Assembly (NCBI GenBank): GCA_964187785.1
Contig: OZ076417.1
Coordinates: 2,418,001 to 2,482,000 of the forward strand
Source: Amphiscolops sp. MND2022
Taxonomy: Eukaryota
Direction: 5' to 3'
Length of the DNA: 64,000 nt
Shown here: positions 23,601 to 35,802 of the stretch, piece by piece
How positions within the stretch are numbered: position 1 is the stretch's first letter
Layout of the letters: the number at the start of each line of letters is the position of its first letter
Program-made: the position numbers and the translations under genes
The notes under the pieces: model-generated
The model's database searches: none
What the model was told of the DNA's origin: nothing
The model's input: the letters and a program-made list of their open reading frames with translations, nothing else

Positions 23601-24909
23601 CTGAGTGGCTGATCCGATTCGCGGGAAGTCGCTCGTGATAATTCCCAGTGTTGTACAGGCTTCCCGACTCAAGTATGCACCTTCTATCACGTCGGTCACA
23701 TAGCATATTTGTGCTGTCTCGATTACTTTGCCAGAACCCGACTTTCCGGACAGTCGTAGGACAACAGCCCCTAGAATTGGGATGACATCACGATTCACCG
23801 CCGACATTTTTGTTTTCACGGGTATGAGGTTCAATTTTTTGAAACCCAGTTTGTGGATGATTTTGATCCCAACTAAGACAGATTGACAACCAGTATCAGC
23901 CGTCATGGCTATCGTAATCTGGCGTGTCCTTGTGTGAAGGCGGTACCCTAGCTCCTCGTAGTCTTTTGTATGAGCGCGGGCGGTAAGAGAAACTGTCGGT
24001 TGTGGCGGTGACCGCCTTGCGATCCAGCCGTTTCTGTCGTCGAAAATGTGGTGGTCAATGACGACCGCCTGTTGACCTGTTTTATGAGAAATGACCGTGC
24101 AGGCTACCGAGATGTTGCACATTTTGTGAAAGACAGTGTTGGATTCATCCACATCCTTCGTTGTGTTTCCACCAATCTTTTTGGGTTTAGACCTACAGAC
24201 GTTGGCGAAGTGGTTCCTATTGCCACACTTTGAACAAATTTTGTCCCAGGCCTTTTTTTTCTTCTTCCTAGCCTGTTTCGCGGCCATCACCATGGCCTGG
24301 TTTTCCACAATTTCGGCATTTGACTACGTGTTGGTCTTTGTCCGTCTGTTTATACGAGGATACTGTCGCAGCACTCGGGTTCTGGAGAGTTGCTTGTGAT
24401 CGTTTACCAGCTTCTTTGGACTCTATAAACTTGATCGTGTCTTTCAGGGTCATGTCCTGGTCGTTATGTCCCAGTACATCTTGCTGGATGTCGCTGTCGC
24501 CAAGTCCTCTAATGAGAGCGTCACGACCATGTCGTCAGTGTAATTAAGTGCTTCAAATGGGTTGTGAGAGCAGTTTTTCGAGAACTTGCAGATCTTAGCT
24601 TGACCTCGTAAGCGAGCGGCAAAGCTCCTAACACCCTCCTCTCTGTCCTGTTTCATTGTCAGGAGAGTCATCCTGCTCACCATGGCGTTCTCAGCCTTCA
24701 CGGCTAGAGTCTTGATTGCTGTCAGAGCGTCTATCTCGGTTGCCATGGCGATGTTTGAGTGAGAGCGGTGGAGGTCCTTGCGTAGACTGTCTTCACAACA
24801 TTCGAGGAACTGTAAGGTGGCATCATGGTCGGCTATGCGTGTGGCAGTCTTGTAGGCGTCCCATCTGGTGATGAAGTACTCCCAGTCTTCACTCATACTC
24901 TCTTTGGAC

Positions 24910-26680
24910 GGGTGGCTGTAAACAGGTCGAATTTTTCTGGTCGAAAGGACAGAGGTCGAACCTTTTGATCGAATTGCAGGGATCGAATGGAGTGCAGTCG
25001 AATTTGATCGAAGCCTTCGGGTCGAAAACGTTCTTTGTTTGCCTCAAGTCGAATTTTAGCCCTAAACTTTATTTCAAAAATTAGATTTATGCTGCTACCA
25101 GTTTATTCAATTATGTTTTTTTTCAGATCACTGTATATGGCGGCACCGGACAACCCTGCTAATTATCGAAAAATGGAAGGCACGTCAAAGAACACTACTG
25201 TATTTGTGGCGGACGATAATTATATTTACACAAAGGACAAAGTCAAAGGTATTGCAATCTATTTACGCTGTGCTGACAGACGCAATGGCTGCCCGGGCAC
25301 TGCTTCTATAGTGAATGGAGTCTTGATTATTTCACGTAAACACGATCACGAAAGCAGTGCTAGTGAAGTAAGAAACCGAGAAGCCAAAAGCAGACTTAAA
25401 AATCTGGCTGAAACAACTCGCGAGCCACTCAAATCAATCCACGACAACGTTTCGAGGGAGATGGGAGGTATTGATGTCCCCTTGACGCAGGCGGAGTCGG
25501 CGATGAACAAGCGACGACGTCTATCTCAACCACCTGTTCCGTCTACGATTGCCGAATTTAGAGAGGCTCTTGGTGACTACGGGCCCTATCGGGGACAGGT
25601 TGAAAACGGAGATAAACTTGCCCTCGTCTTCGCTGGCGACAAGGGGATCTGGCTTTTGGCACGTGCGAAAGAAAGTATCCATGTAGATGCCACATTTAAA
25701 GTTGTACCTCCAGGTTTTTATCAGCTATTGGTTATACATGTTTTGAAGGACAATGCCGTTTTGCCCGCAGTTTATGTGTTGATGACGGCTAAGACAAGGG
25801 TTTTATATGATGGCGTATTTGAATTTCTTAAGACTCTTGTTCCTGATCTGAAGCCCGAACGCTTTGTGAGCGATTTTGAAGTGGGGTTGCAACGATCACT
25901 TAATCACGTATTTCCTGACTCTGTTATTCAAGGGTGTTACTTCCATTATTCTCAAGCAATCTGGCGAAAAGCGAACAAGATTGGTGTTATTTCGGCTGTT
26001 CGCAGTGCAGAAGCGTACTTAAAACGGGCCGGACATCATATTTCGTTGTTGAGATTCAAGCGGAGTTACGATCTTGAATGAGATGATATCACTCTAGCAA
26101 ATAACACGGTTCTGCCTGCAAGTTCCGGTACCAGAGGCGTATATTGGAAGGCTCCTTTGCAAGTCGGTTATATTCAACTGCAAAATAATGATAATCACGA
26201 GGACTCAACAGATGAAACCGAGTCAAGTGGGGATGACTTCCCCAGGCCAGTACTTCCAGTGAACCCGTTAACCGTCGTGCAATTGCATTGGCCTGTATGC
26301 GATAAATGCAAAGAAACCTTAAAAAACGGGCCAAATTCATTTCGATAATTTTAATTGCGATAGATTTGAAACCAAGCATTCCATTAAACGTGAAACCAAG
26401 CATTTTGTTATTTCGTGATTTTAATGATTCACAATGTTCTGAAATTGATTTTTAATGTGTATTTTGTTTTTGAGGATTACAGAAATTCATTTCTAACGTT
26501 CATGGGAGACTTTTCTAGAAAATCGACCCGAGGAATTCGATCTGCGGCAATTCGATTTGTTTCCCAAAAATCAAAATTTCGATCCGAGTTGTTTCGATCC
26601 CATTCAAAAATTTGGTTATGTCGACCCGAGGACTAACTCTGATTTTCGATCCCGTTCCTTCGACCTATTTCCGCCCACCC
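24910..26680 (+). mobile_element. Mutator-like (MULE) DNA transposon
   Basis: Perfect 9-bp TSD TCTTTGGAC (24901-24909 and 26681-26689). 22-bp imperfect TIRs (GGGTGG...AGGTCGAA, 18/22). TCGA-rich subterminal arrays. Confidence 0.93.
25137..26081 (+). CDS. MULE transposase, C-terminally truncated (FLYWCH-like finger + MULE DDE domain)
   Basis: YIY...YLRC..RRNGCPG...HDH; VDATFKVVP..FYQL; SDFE; GCYFHYSQAIWRK. Confidence 0.85.
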   Translation: MAAPDNPANYRKMEGTSKNTTVFVADDNYIYTKDKVKGIAIYLRCADRRNGCPGTASIVNGVLIISRKHDHESSASEVRNREAKSRLKNLAETTREPLKSIHDNVSREMGGIDVPLTQAESAMNKRRRLSQPPVPSTIAEFREALGDYGPYRGQVENGDKLALVFAGDKGIWLLARAKESIHVDATFKVVPPGFYQLLVIHVLKDNAVLPAVYVLMTAKTRVLYDGVFEFLKTLVPDLKPERFVSDFEVGLQRSLNHVFPDSVIQGCYFHYSQAIWRKANKIGVISAVRSAEAYLKRAGHHISLLRFKRSYDLE

Positions 26681-27145
26681 TCTTTGGACACTTTTGGGCG
26701 AGACAATTTGTCGGGTTTGGCCTGTTGACAGGCGCCGGGGGCATGTGAATACCCGTGCACCGTGAAAAGTGCGATGGCTTGAGCCGCTTCAATATCCCCC
26801 GTGGCGTAGGTACATCCTTCAATGGGGCTATTGAGCACAACCATGGCTGGCGGACACGTTCACTGGTTTCTTTTCTGCTTGGAGCACACGATACGTGATG
26901 CTACCAAGGTAGATATAGAACGGGTTTAAAGTACACTATACGTGATACTTTAAGGACAAATAAAAAGAATACGCTTGAAGCACACGACACGTGATACTAC
27001 AAGGTGATATTCATGAGCGATACAATTGTAGCTCCGATCCAGTTCAGGCTTTGTTAGGAATAAGATGCAAAGGAACGAACTAACGGGAAAAGGATCTTTG
27101 TAGATCGCAGAAGTTGCTCGTCCACTTACTGAGAATAGAGGATCA

Positions 27146-27294
27146 TATAGAAACAGTGTTAATAAAACATTTATTTCATACAATGATCCTCTGAAATAAA
27201 ATGACACTTATACAAAATACAAAATCTTATAAAAAATACAAAATACATCTATACATTTTACGATCTGTTATAATAGAGTTTACGACATTGTACA
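27146..27294 (-). repeat. Gypsy-3 5' LTR
   Basis: TGTACAATG... on the minus strand. Matches 20670-20790 apart from an AT-rich indel of about 28 bp. Confidence 0.9.
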
Positions 27295-27405
27295 CTTATG
27301 TTTTATTTTAGATGTCGATGTCCCTTTGATATGTGCTTTGATAACTGCCGTCTACAGAATACTAACCTTTATAGAAAAGCGTTTTGATCAACGAGAAACA
27401 CGACA
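27295..27405 (+). repeat. Right part of the Gypsy-2 3' LTR
   Basis: Resumes the LTR sequence and ends ...ACACGACA, followed by the TSD. Confidence 0.93.
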
Positions 27406-27481
27406 ATCCATTGCGCCAATCGGAATTTCTATGTCCAATTGTTTTATATATCATTTCATGAGTTTTTGTTTTGTTTCAGAT

Positions 27482-27527
27482 GATTTTACTGATGATGGCA
27501 ATATCCTTGCCGAAAACGTTTTAATTT
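27482..27527 (+). ncRNA. Putative minimal type I hammerhead ribozyme of the Penelope 3' pseudo-LTR
   Basis: CTGATGA (27489), stem II GGCAA-TATCC-TTGCC, GAAA (27512) and a palindromic AACGTT stem III. Stem I is short or degenerate. Confidence 0.55.
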
Positions 27528-30502
27528 ACCATTGGAGTTTATCTGATTTTTATACACCAAAGAAAATTAACTTTTTCTTCTTCTTCTTAGGGACGAATGA
27601 ATAGCTTATCCCCAGTGAGATTAAAACTGACGTGGAGGAGATATGATGTTTGATATTCGATTTTATATATTGCGATTTGCACCGTACTTGATCTGATATT
27701 GTGTATATTTTTCAGAGCTCTAAGATGTATATCGATTCAATGCTTAACTGACGATTATTCTTATATTTGTGGTTTTTCTACCCAGTGTTTTAGTCTGAGC
27801 TTCCATTGCATAGCCATACACCACATTCAAGACCGGCGTGGTGGCAGATTTCGTGACGATGCGACAGGAGGAGTCAAGTAAACGAGCATCTGAAACGTTA
27901 GGTACACGAGCGGTTGTAAGGTACTTAAAGTTATTTTTAATGTTATTTATTGAAGTGCTGTTTCAAGTTTGGAGACGAAATTGAAGTCGTCTAGGTGCCT
28001 GAAACGCTAACAGAGCTGCGAATTTGAGGTCTAATCAAGAACAACTGATTGGTGAAAAAACTATTGTCCGTCTTGCGAAGGCATAAAACAGAAAATAAAT
28101 ACGTTCTATCATCAATAGTGTATGTCTAGCCTATTTCGACGGAGATATGAATATTAAATAGGCGAGGAGGGACGGTAGTCAAATCAGTGACTAATAACAA
28201 TTGGGGAGAAATCTAGCATCGCCTACACTTGAACGATTGTCTACGAACTAGGAGCTTGTAAAGTATTCAGCAAGTTCTTACTCTCAGACTTCTTCAGAGC
28301 AGGTTGCTCTACAAATTGTAAAATATCCAAATGTGGGTTGACTTTGAGGTATTGTAAATTCATTTTCTTTCTACTCTCTTCCACGCTCTATGTGGCCATT
28401 TCCTTCCTTGCGATATGCCTAAAATCTAATCAAGTCTCTGGTACCATCGCAATCACTTTCAAGATTTTTAGGGAAAATTTTCCTTATTGAGAATCTTGAA
28501 ATGAGCGTGAAAAGCACTTTTGCAATTGTTTCACACCCTGAGCTGAAATCTTAAAAACTGTGTAAAGGTTGTGTTGAAAGGGAGACAAAACTGTACAATT
28601 CTGTTTTGAGTTCAATCACTCCACCGATCAAATGCTTCTTTCTTCTCATTGAATCGTTGTGTTGCAAAATTTGACCAAGTGCTTAGAACTCTCATAACAC
28701 GCTATTGACACATTAATGGATGACGTCATTGACTTAAATGAATGAATATGGGTTTTTTGAAATTACTTCGTTGTTTACAGCAGAAGCGTTGAAGAAGAGA
28801 ATTGGAGAGGAACTGAATGTCAAAAGAGCAGTGGCACCCGCAAAACAGGCGCCATCCACTTTTACTGGGCTTTTTGTTAGGAACGAACCAGAGAAGGAGC
28901 CAACTATCCCCGTACCAACGGAAACCATCATTGCATTTGGTGACAGTGGGAAGAATGAGATCTGGAGAAGAGGGACAAACAAATGGACCAAGTGGGAGAT
29001 GGGCAGAGACTGTGGGAAGTGGTTTGCTTGTGTTAAGGCTCATTCAAACATTTACTTAATTGGAGGGTGGAGAGGTGAAGAACAGTATTCCACAGAAACA
29101 GACACTTATGACATGGCAGGGGAACAGTGGTCGAAGGGCCCTCAACTGAATGAGGCACGGTTAGAAGTTTAAACTAGGCAGATTGAAACTGGTAAAGCTT
29201 TTTTCCTTTCAATAGCTGTTTTCAATACCTCTGATTCCATGCGAAAAACATTCATCCTTCTCACACATACATACCCATTTCCCAAGTTTTCACTGCCCTT
29301 TTTAGCCAACATTCCCAAAGTGAAGACGTCGTACTGTTGAAGACAACGCTGATTCATGGCTTCAAACCGATATACTTCAAATTCACAACTTTCAATATCA
29401 AATTTTTGGGGACTTCACTTCAAATACCCACATTAAAGAACAAATTCAAACCTATCCATTCTTGAAAGTTTTTTTTCGAAATAAGTATCAACTGATTGGG
29501 GATAGCAGGTTTCAAGATCCTTTTGTTGATGTTCCCTCACAATCCCCCAATGATGTACTTCTTCGTTTCAAAGCCAAAACTGAAAATGAACGCCCTTCCT
29601 TTTAAAACCTACTCTACTTTCCCGTTAATCACTTAAATATGATCAAATGAGTATCAATAAAAGTCTTGAGCTACCACCTCCAGTTCGACATTAGTGAACA
29701 TACACTCCTCACCAACCTCCATCACTTGAAACAAACTCTGAAAGAGGATTTGACATCGGACCCCTCCACGAGAATATATTCAACGCGCCAAAGTCCTGTC
29801 GCGCATCAATCATAACCCGAAACGACCACCACGCAAGGTAATTTCCCCTCCAGAGAAGCATGTCATGAAAGAAATTGAGGTACTTTCAGGTACTGCTAGT
29901 GATGGTCCAAAACTGAACGTTTCACAAACTACCTTGAACCAAACCTGAATTTTTGCAGGTGACTTCGAAGGTTCTTACCATGCTACAACTGACTTATTCA
30001 ACAAAGAACCGAAAACAGTAAGAGCAGATGAAACAGCAGCTACTGACCTAGAACCTGATGGAAGTGAACTGCCCTTCACACACATGGGCTTCCAAACGGA
30101 ACAGATATTGGATCGGAGCGATGTGTATCTTCATCACAGTGCGATGTTTGCGATAACACTTCAAGAAAAGCAAGCTTCATTATAACCCCATGGCACTCCT
30201 ACGGCACCAAAGAAAACGAACCTTGACATGATGTGTTCTGGTCCAATGACCTGTTCACTGATGCAATGAAATAATCAAGCGATTGAGTCTTATGATGTAA
30301 GAGTGGTTCAAGTTGTTGCATGCAAATAATGTTTGACATTGTGCGGCAGCCTGTTTCGACAGGGACAACAGCCAAATTATTGTCGTTGGTGGATACAACG
30401 GCAACCCTATGAATTCTGTGGAGAGGCTCAAAGTTGATGGACAGGGAAGACCGATAGGGGAATGGGAACAAATGAAGAAATCCATGTTGTCTGAGAGGGA
30501 CG

Positions 30503-30860
30503 TGTGTGCTGCTGCTTTACTTGATGACAAGTGAGTACAGTAAAAACTTCAATTCGCAAATTTGTTGTTCTCCAAATTGGTCAGTGCCAAATCATGAACG
30601 ACGGCACGTAGTGGAACTAAGAAAGGAGTAGAGACAGTTGTGATCAAAGGTTTTGAATGAAGAAAGACGAAGGGTCAAATCAGTTGACTTATTTTGCTCG
30701 AGGTAGTTAATTTAGAAATGTAGATTTGAGGAGTTAGTACCTCAAAAGCATTTGCAAAGGTCAGTACTTCAAGGAAGACGACTAACTGTGCTGCAGTGCC
30801 TGGTCTTTTTAAGAAAAAGCAGAGGTGAAGAAGTCATATTATGCGCCTGAGGTGGTTATG
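30503..30860 (+). repeat. Host sequence (Kelch exon end + intron) duplicated directly on both sides of the BEL array; second copy at 44334-44690
   Basis: About 358-bp direct repeat with about 5 differences. Confidence 0.95.
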
Positions 30861-31089
30861 TGTTGAGATCTAAAGAAGAAAAATTCGAAGCTCGCATGTC
30901 ACTTTAACAGCAATCTGAACGTTTCAACCAATCATATTCATTCACGTGTAACTTCTCTAAACATTTGCTTTTCCATTCAATTTCAATCACACTTTTGTCA
31001 AACTCTCACTAGAAAGTTGATTCTTTTCCCTCTTCCTCTCTTCAACTCAATAGAAAACTGAGATTCATTCAAATCTCAATTAGTAAACA
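30861..31089 (+). repeat. BEL LTR (first copy)
   Basis: TGTTGAGATC...GTAAACA, followed by a PBS at 31095. Confidence 0.9.
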
Positions 31090-31094
31090 TTTAT

Positions 31095-31116
31095 TGGTGC
31101 CGCTATCGACCCGGGA
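31095..31116 (+). promoter_or_regulatory. BEL primer-binding site, tRNA-Phe-like with a central bulge (also at 37082)
   Basis: TGGTGCCG-CTATCG-ACCCGGGA versus the tRNA-Phe PBS TGGTGCCG-AA-ACCCGGGA, recalled from memory. Confidence 0.6.
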
Positions 31117-31124
31117 ACAGAAAC

Positions 31125-32823
31125 ATGACAGAAGCATTACGACGAACAAGGGCAGGACACATCGGTACAATTACCTGTGTCGAAAACAAAACGAGGCAGA
31201 TCTTGGAAAAAGATCCATCGTTACTTACAACTCTAGAGTTAGCTACATTACGATGCAGTTTAACAAAATGCAAGGAACAACAAACAAAACTAGAAACGTT
31301 GAATCAACAAATTAACGAAGCAATGACAGCAGCAGAAGTAGAGGAAGATGCATTTCAAGAGGAAAGAAATCCAGTAGATGAAAATGATCTAAAAATCTGT
31401 ACAATCATCGATGCGTTGCAATTCGTCATCGACGCCGCAGCCACCAGGCCGGAAACAACTGAGGATGCTGCAGAACCAACAGCACCACCTGCACCAGAGT
31501 ATAGCCACGCGCCCATTGGACCGAAAAAGCCCACTACAAAATCTCGCACCGTTCTTCGACAAAGAATTCAACGTTATTCGGGTCGGAGCTCGACTCGGAC
31601 AATCACCATACTGCGAAAACAAGAAATTTCCAGTATTAATCTCAAAGAACTCATCACTAATACCACTCATCATTCGTCATTTTCATGAAGCGTCGCTTCA
31701 TGGAGGGGGGCAACTAACCCTCAATTTGATTCGTCAAGAGTTTTGGATTGTCAATGCCAAGCCATTAGTCAATCAATTATCAAAGAATGCATCACATGCT
31801 TTCGATTTAATACAACTCCTCCAGTCCAACTAATGGCCGATCTTCCAACCGAGAGAGTAACCCCTTCACGACCTTTCACACACTGTGGAATTGACTTTGC
31901 CGGACACTTCCTAGTGAAGAATGGAGAAACAGAGAACAAAGTCTACATAGCCATCTTCGTTTGTATGAATACAAAAGCAGTGCATATGGAGTTAGTCTCA
32001 AGTCTCTCAAAAAATGACTGCATAATGGCTCTGAATCGCTTCATTGCCCGCAGAGGAATGCCTGCTAAAATACTTAGCGATAATGGAACCAACTTCTTGG
32101 GAGCAAGGAATGATCTGATCAAGCTCAACGTACCACTAGACAAAACTGATCGTGACAATTCATTGATAACATTTGTCAATCAACGAAATTGTGAATGGAT
32201 CACAATCCCACCACGAGCTCCACATTTTGGTGAATCTGGGAAGCCGCAGTGAAAAGCATGAAGCGACACTTGCGGAGAGTGGTTGGCAAACAAATCTTTT
32301 CATATGAAGAATTTCTCACAATCATCAATCAAGTTGAAGCTGCCTTGAACTCCAGGCCGATATCACCTCTCTCAAATGATCCCAATGATCCACTAGCCCT
32401 CACTCCAGGCCATTTCCTCATTGGAGACACTCTAATGTCAATGCCGTCAGGAGCACCTTCAAAGAGCAATCCAGTACAAAGATTCCGTCTAGTCAAAAAG
32501 ATTCAAGAAGATTTCTGGAAGTCTTGGAAAAGAGATTACTTGACCGAGCTTCAAATACGAAAAAATGGTTCGTGAATGGCCCAGAAATCCGCGTTGGTGA
32601 TATGGTGCTGCTAGCAGAAGACAATGAAGCACCACTGCACTGGAAAACAGGCCGAGTGATCGAGATTTACTCTGGCAATGATGACATCACACGAGTCTGC
32701 AAAGTCAAGACCACTTCCTCGACTTTGATACGACCCGTCGTGAAACTACGAAAGCTACCGATTACCTCTGAATCAGCTACCACCCCTGCGACAACTGCCG
32801 GTGTTGGATACGTTAGTGTCTGA
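31125..32823 (+). pseudogene. Deleted BEL copy: gag N-terminus fused out of frame to integrase
   Basis: The junction at 31510-31512 (CGC microhomology) removes the sequence corresponding to 38451-41918. Confidence 0.9.
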
Positions 32824-32872
32824 CATCATAATTCACTTACCTTTCATTGAAAGAGGCCACTCTTCCTCAAAC

Positions 32873-33425
32873 AAAGTGGCACCCCTATGCCCCAAATGAA
32901 TTTTCGGGCAGAATTTCCTTACCACCGCTTCAGTTAGATATTCATACAAACGATTTTACTTATGAAAGCGTTTGCATGACATTTTATTTAACTGCAGTTC
33001 AGCTATTTCATCATTAATTACCTAGCAAAGGGTCCACTTTTTGTTAAACAAAGTGGCACCCCCATGCCCCAATTCAAAATTTGGGCAGAATATCGGTACT
33101 ACAGCTTCGCCTGTATCCTGCCGGTTCCAAATTTGGCATCGTTGCGCTTCTAGCCCTATTAGTTATCTCTTATGTTTGAAAAACTTACCTGAATTGGACT
33201 AAAAGTTCGTCGTTCGACTTCATACTAAGTGGCACCCCAGTGCCCCAAGGCAGATTATGACCTCGAAATTGCACTCAGCACCTCGCAAATTTACCCCTGC
33301 GATTCGAATTATGCCTCAACCCTGCCTTATTAACGCAAGTATTCGTTGTACTCATTTCAACAATTAATTCTCTGTTACTTTGTATTATACTTCGCAATAC
33401 AAAGTGGCACCCCGGTGCCCCATAA
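32873..33425. repeat. Degenerate 4 x ~176-bp array anchored by AAGTGGCACCCC(N)2-3TGCCCC; also at 35045-35600 and 43281-43830
   Basis: Anchors at 32873, 33050, 33226 and 33401. The sequence between anchors is highly diverged. Confidence 0.85.
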
Positions 33426-33660
33426 CGAGTTATGGAGCAAAGATTGCCTTGATTACCCTCCCTAATACTCATTACGCCTCGTACTCATGCCTTTCGGATC
33501 ATCGTTGAAGAAAAAACAGCAAAAAACAGTTTATTTGTATTTGTATTGAAACTTTCATTACATTACCTGTTGCATTATTTCAAGTTTACATGCAATGATT
33601 TGAAAGATTTACCAAATATAGTGCTTACCTATCGAGGAGCAGCTATTGCTTGTATAGCCA

Positions 33661-34995
33661 CACCAGAGTATAGCCACGCGCCCATTGGACCGAAAAAGCC
33701 CACTACAAAATCTCGCACCGTTCTTCGACAAAGAATTCAACGTTATTCGGGTCGGAGGTCGACTCGGACAATCACCATACTGCGAAAACAAGAAATTTCC
33801 AGTATTAATCTCAAAGAACTCATCACTAGTACCACTCATCATTCGTCATTTTCATGAAGCGTCGCTTCATGGAGGGGGGCAACTAACCCTCAATTTGATT
33901 CGTCAAGAGTTTTGGATTGTCAATGCCAAGCCATTAGTCAATCAATTATCAAAGAATGTATCACATGCTTTCGATTTAATACAACTCCTCCAGTCCAACT
34001 AATGGCCGATCTTCCAACCGAGAGAGTAACCCCTTCACGACCTTTCACACACTGTGGAATTGACTTTGCCGGACACTTCCTAGTGAAGAATGGAGAAACA
34101 GAGAACAAAGTCTACATAGCCATCTTCGTTTGTATGAATACAAAAGCAGTGCATATGGAGTTAGTCTCAAGTCTCTCAAAAAATGACTGCATAATGGCTC
34201 TGAATCGCTTCATTGCCCGCAGAGGAATGCCTGCTAAAATACTTAGCGATAATGGAACCAACTTCTTGGGAGCAAGGAATGATCTGATCAAGCTCAACGT
34301 ACTACTAGACAAAACTGATCGTGACAATTCATTGATAACATTTGTCAATCAACGAAGTTGTGAATGGATCACAATCCCACCACGAGCTCCACATTTTGGT
34401 GGAATCTGGGAAGCCGCAGTGAAAAGCATGAAGCGACACTTGCGGAGAGTGGTTGGCAAACAAATCTTTTCATATGAAGAATTTCTCACAATCATCAATC
34501 AAGTTGAAGCTGCCTTGAACTCCAGGCCGATATCACCTCTCTCAAATGATCCCAATGATCCACTAGCCCTCACTCCAGGCCATTTCCTCATTGGAGACAC
34601 TCTAATGTCAATGCCGTCAGGAGCACCTTCAAAGAGCAATCCAGTACAAAGATTCCGTCTAGTCAAAAAGATTCAAGAAGATTTCTGGAAGTCTTGGAAA
34701 AGAGATTACTTGACCGAGCTTCAAATACGAAAAAAAATGGTTCGTGAATGGCCCAGAAATCCGCGTTGGTGATTTGGTGCTGCTAGCAGAAGACAATGAA
34801 GCACCACTGCACTGGAAAACAGGCCGAGTGATCGAGATTTACTCTGGCAATGATGACATCACACGAGTCTGCAAAGTCAAGACCACTTCCTCGACTTTGA
34901 TACGACCCGTCGTGAAACTACGAAAGCTACCGATTACCTCTGAATCAGCTACCACCCCTGCGACAACTGCCGGTGTTGGATACGTTAGTGTCTGA
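33661..34995 (+). pseudogene. Second deleted BEL integrase copy
   Basis: Same gag-to-IN junction. ORFs 33912-34772 and 34744-34995. Confidence 0.9.
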
Positions 34996-35802
34996 CATCA
35001 TAATTCACTTACCTTTCATTGAAAGAGGCCACTCTTCCTCAAACAAAGTGGCACCCCTATGCCCCAAATGAATTTTCGGGCAGAATTTCCTTACCACCGC
35101 TTCAGTTAGATATTCATACAAACGAATTTACTTATGAAAGCGTTTGCATGACATTTTATTTAACTGCAGTTCAGCTATTTCATCATTAATTACCTAGCAA
35201 AGGGTCCACTTTTTGTTAAACAAAGTGTCACCCCCATGCCCCAATTCAAAATTTGGGCAGAATTTCGGTACTACAGCTTCGCCTGTATCCTGCCGGTTCC
35301 AAATTTGGCATCTTTGCGCTTCTAGCCCTATTAGTTATCTCTTATGTTTGAAAAACTTACCTGAATTGGACTAAAAGTTCGTCATTCGACTTCATACTAA
35401 GTGGCACCCCAGTGCCACTAGGCAGATTATGACCTCGAAATTGCACTCAGCACCTCGCAAATTTACCCCTGCGATTCGAATTATGCCTCAACCCTGCCTT
35501 ATTAACGCAAGTATTCGTTGTACTCATTTCAACAATTAATTCTCTCAGTTACTTTGTATTATACTTCGCAATACAAAGTGGCACCCCGGTGCCCCATAAC
35601 GAGTTATGGAGCAAAGATTGCCTTGATTACCCTCCCTAATACTCATTACGCCTCGTACTCATGCCTTTCGGATCATCGTTGAAGAAAAAACAGCAAAAAA
35701 CAGTTTATTTGCATTTGTATTGAAACTTTCATTACATTACCTGTTGCATTATTTCAAGTTTACATGCAATGATTTGAAAGATTTACCAAATATAGTGCTT
35801 AC

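Larger units (their letters stand above)
20937..26844 (-). pseudogene. Gypsy-3 gag-pol, interrupted by a MULE, with most of the RT C-terminus and RNase H deleted
   Basis: ATG at 26844 gives MVVLNSPIEGC...KLSRPKVSKE, continuing in frame to SMSEDWEYF once the MULE is removed. CSKCGNRNH..VC; ADTGCQS; DAWNGY, TFITPWGRY, CIDD; LHSAHQG, ADYF, SDGGPEF, SNGRAE. Confidence 0.9.
20654..27294 (-). mobile_element. Ty3/Gypsy LTR retrotransposon (Gypsy-3, Mag-like) nested in the Gypsy-2 3' LTR
   Basis: 5-bp TSD CTTAT (20649-20653 and 27295-27299). LTRs at about 20670-20790 and 27146-27294. PPT GGAGAGGGGAAGGTAGA on the minus strand (20791-20807). Confidence 0.93.
15693..27405 (+). mobile_element. Full-length Ty3/Gypsy LTR retrotransposon (Gypsy-2), with a nested insertion in its 3' LTR
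   Basis: TG...CA LTRs, perfect 5-bp TSD ATCCA (15688-15692 and 27406-27410), PBS, PPT and gag-pol. Confidence 0.95.

Noticed and set aside
28100-30240. Decayed LINE (RNase H/CCHC-like traces) in the Kelch intron
   Set aside because: Only isolated 4-6-residue resemblances were seen, too weak to call.
32873-33425. CRISPR-like array (conserved motif with unique spacers)
   Set aside because: The spacers are about 155 bp, the repeats are imperfect, there are no cas genes and the context is eukaryotic.
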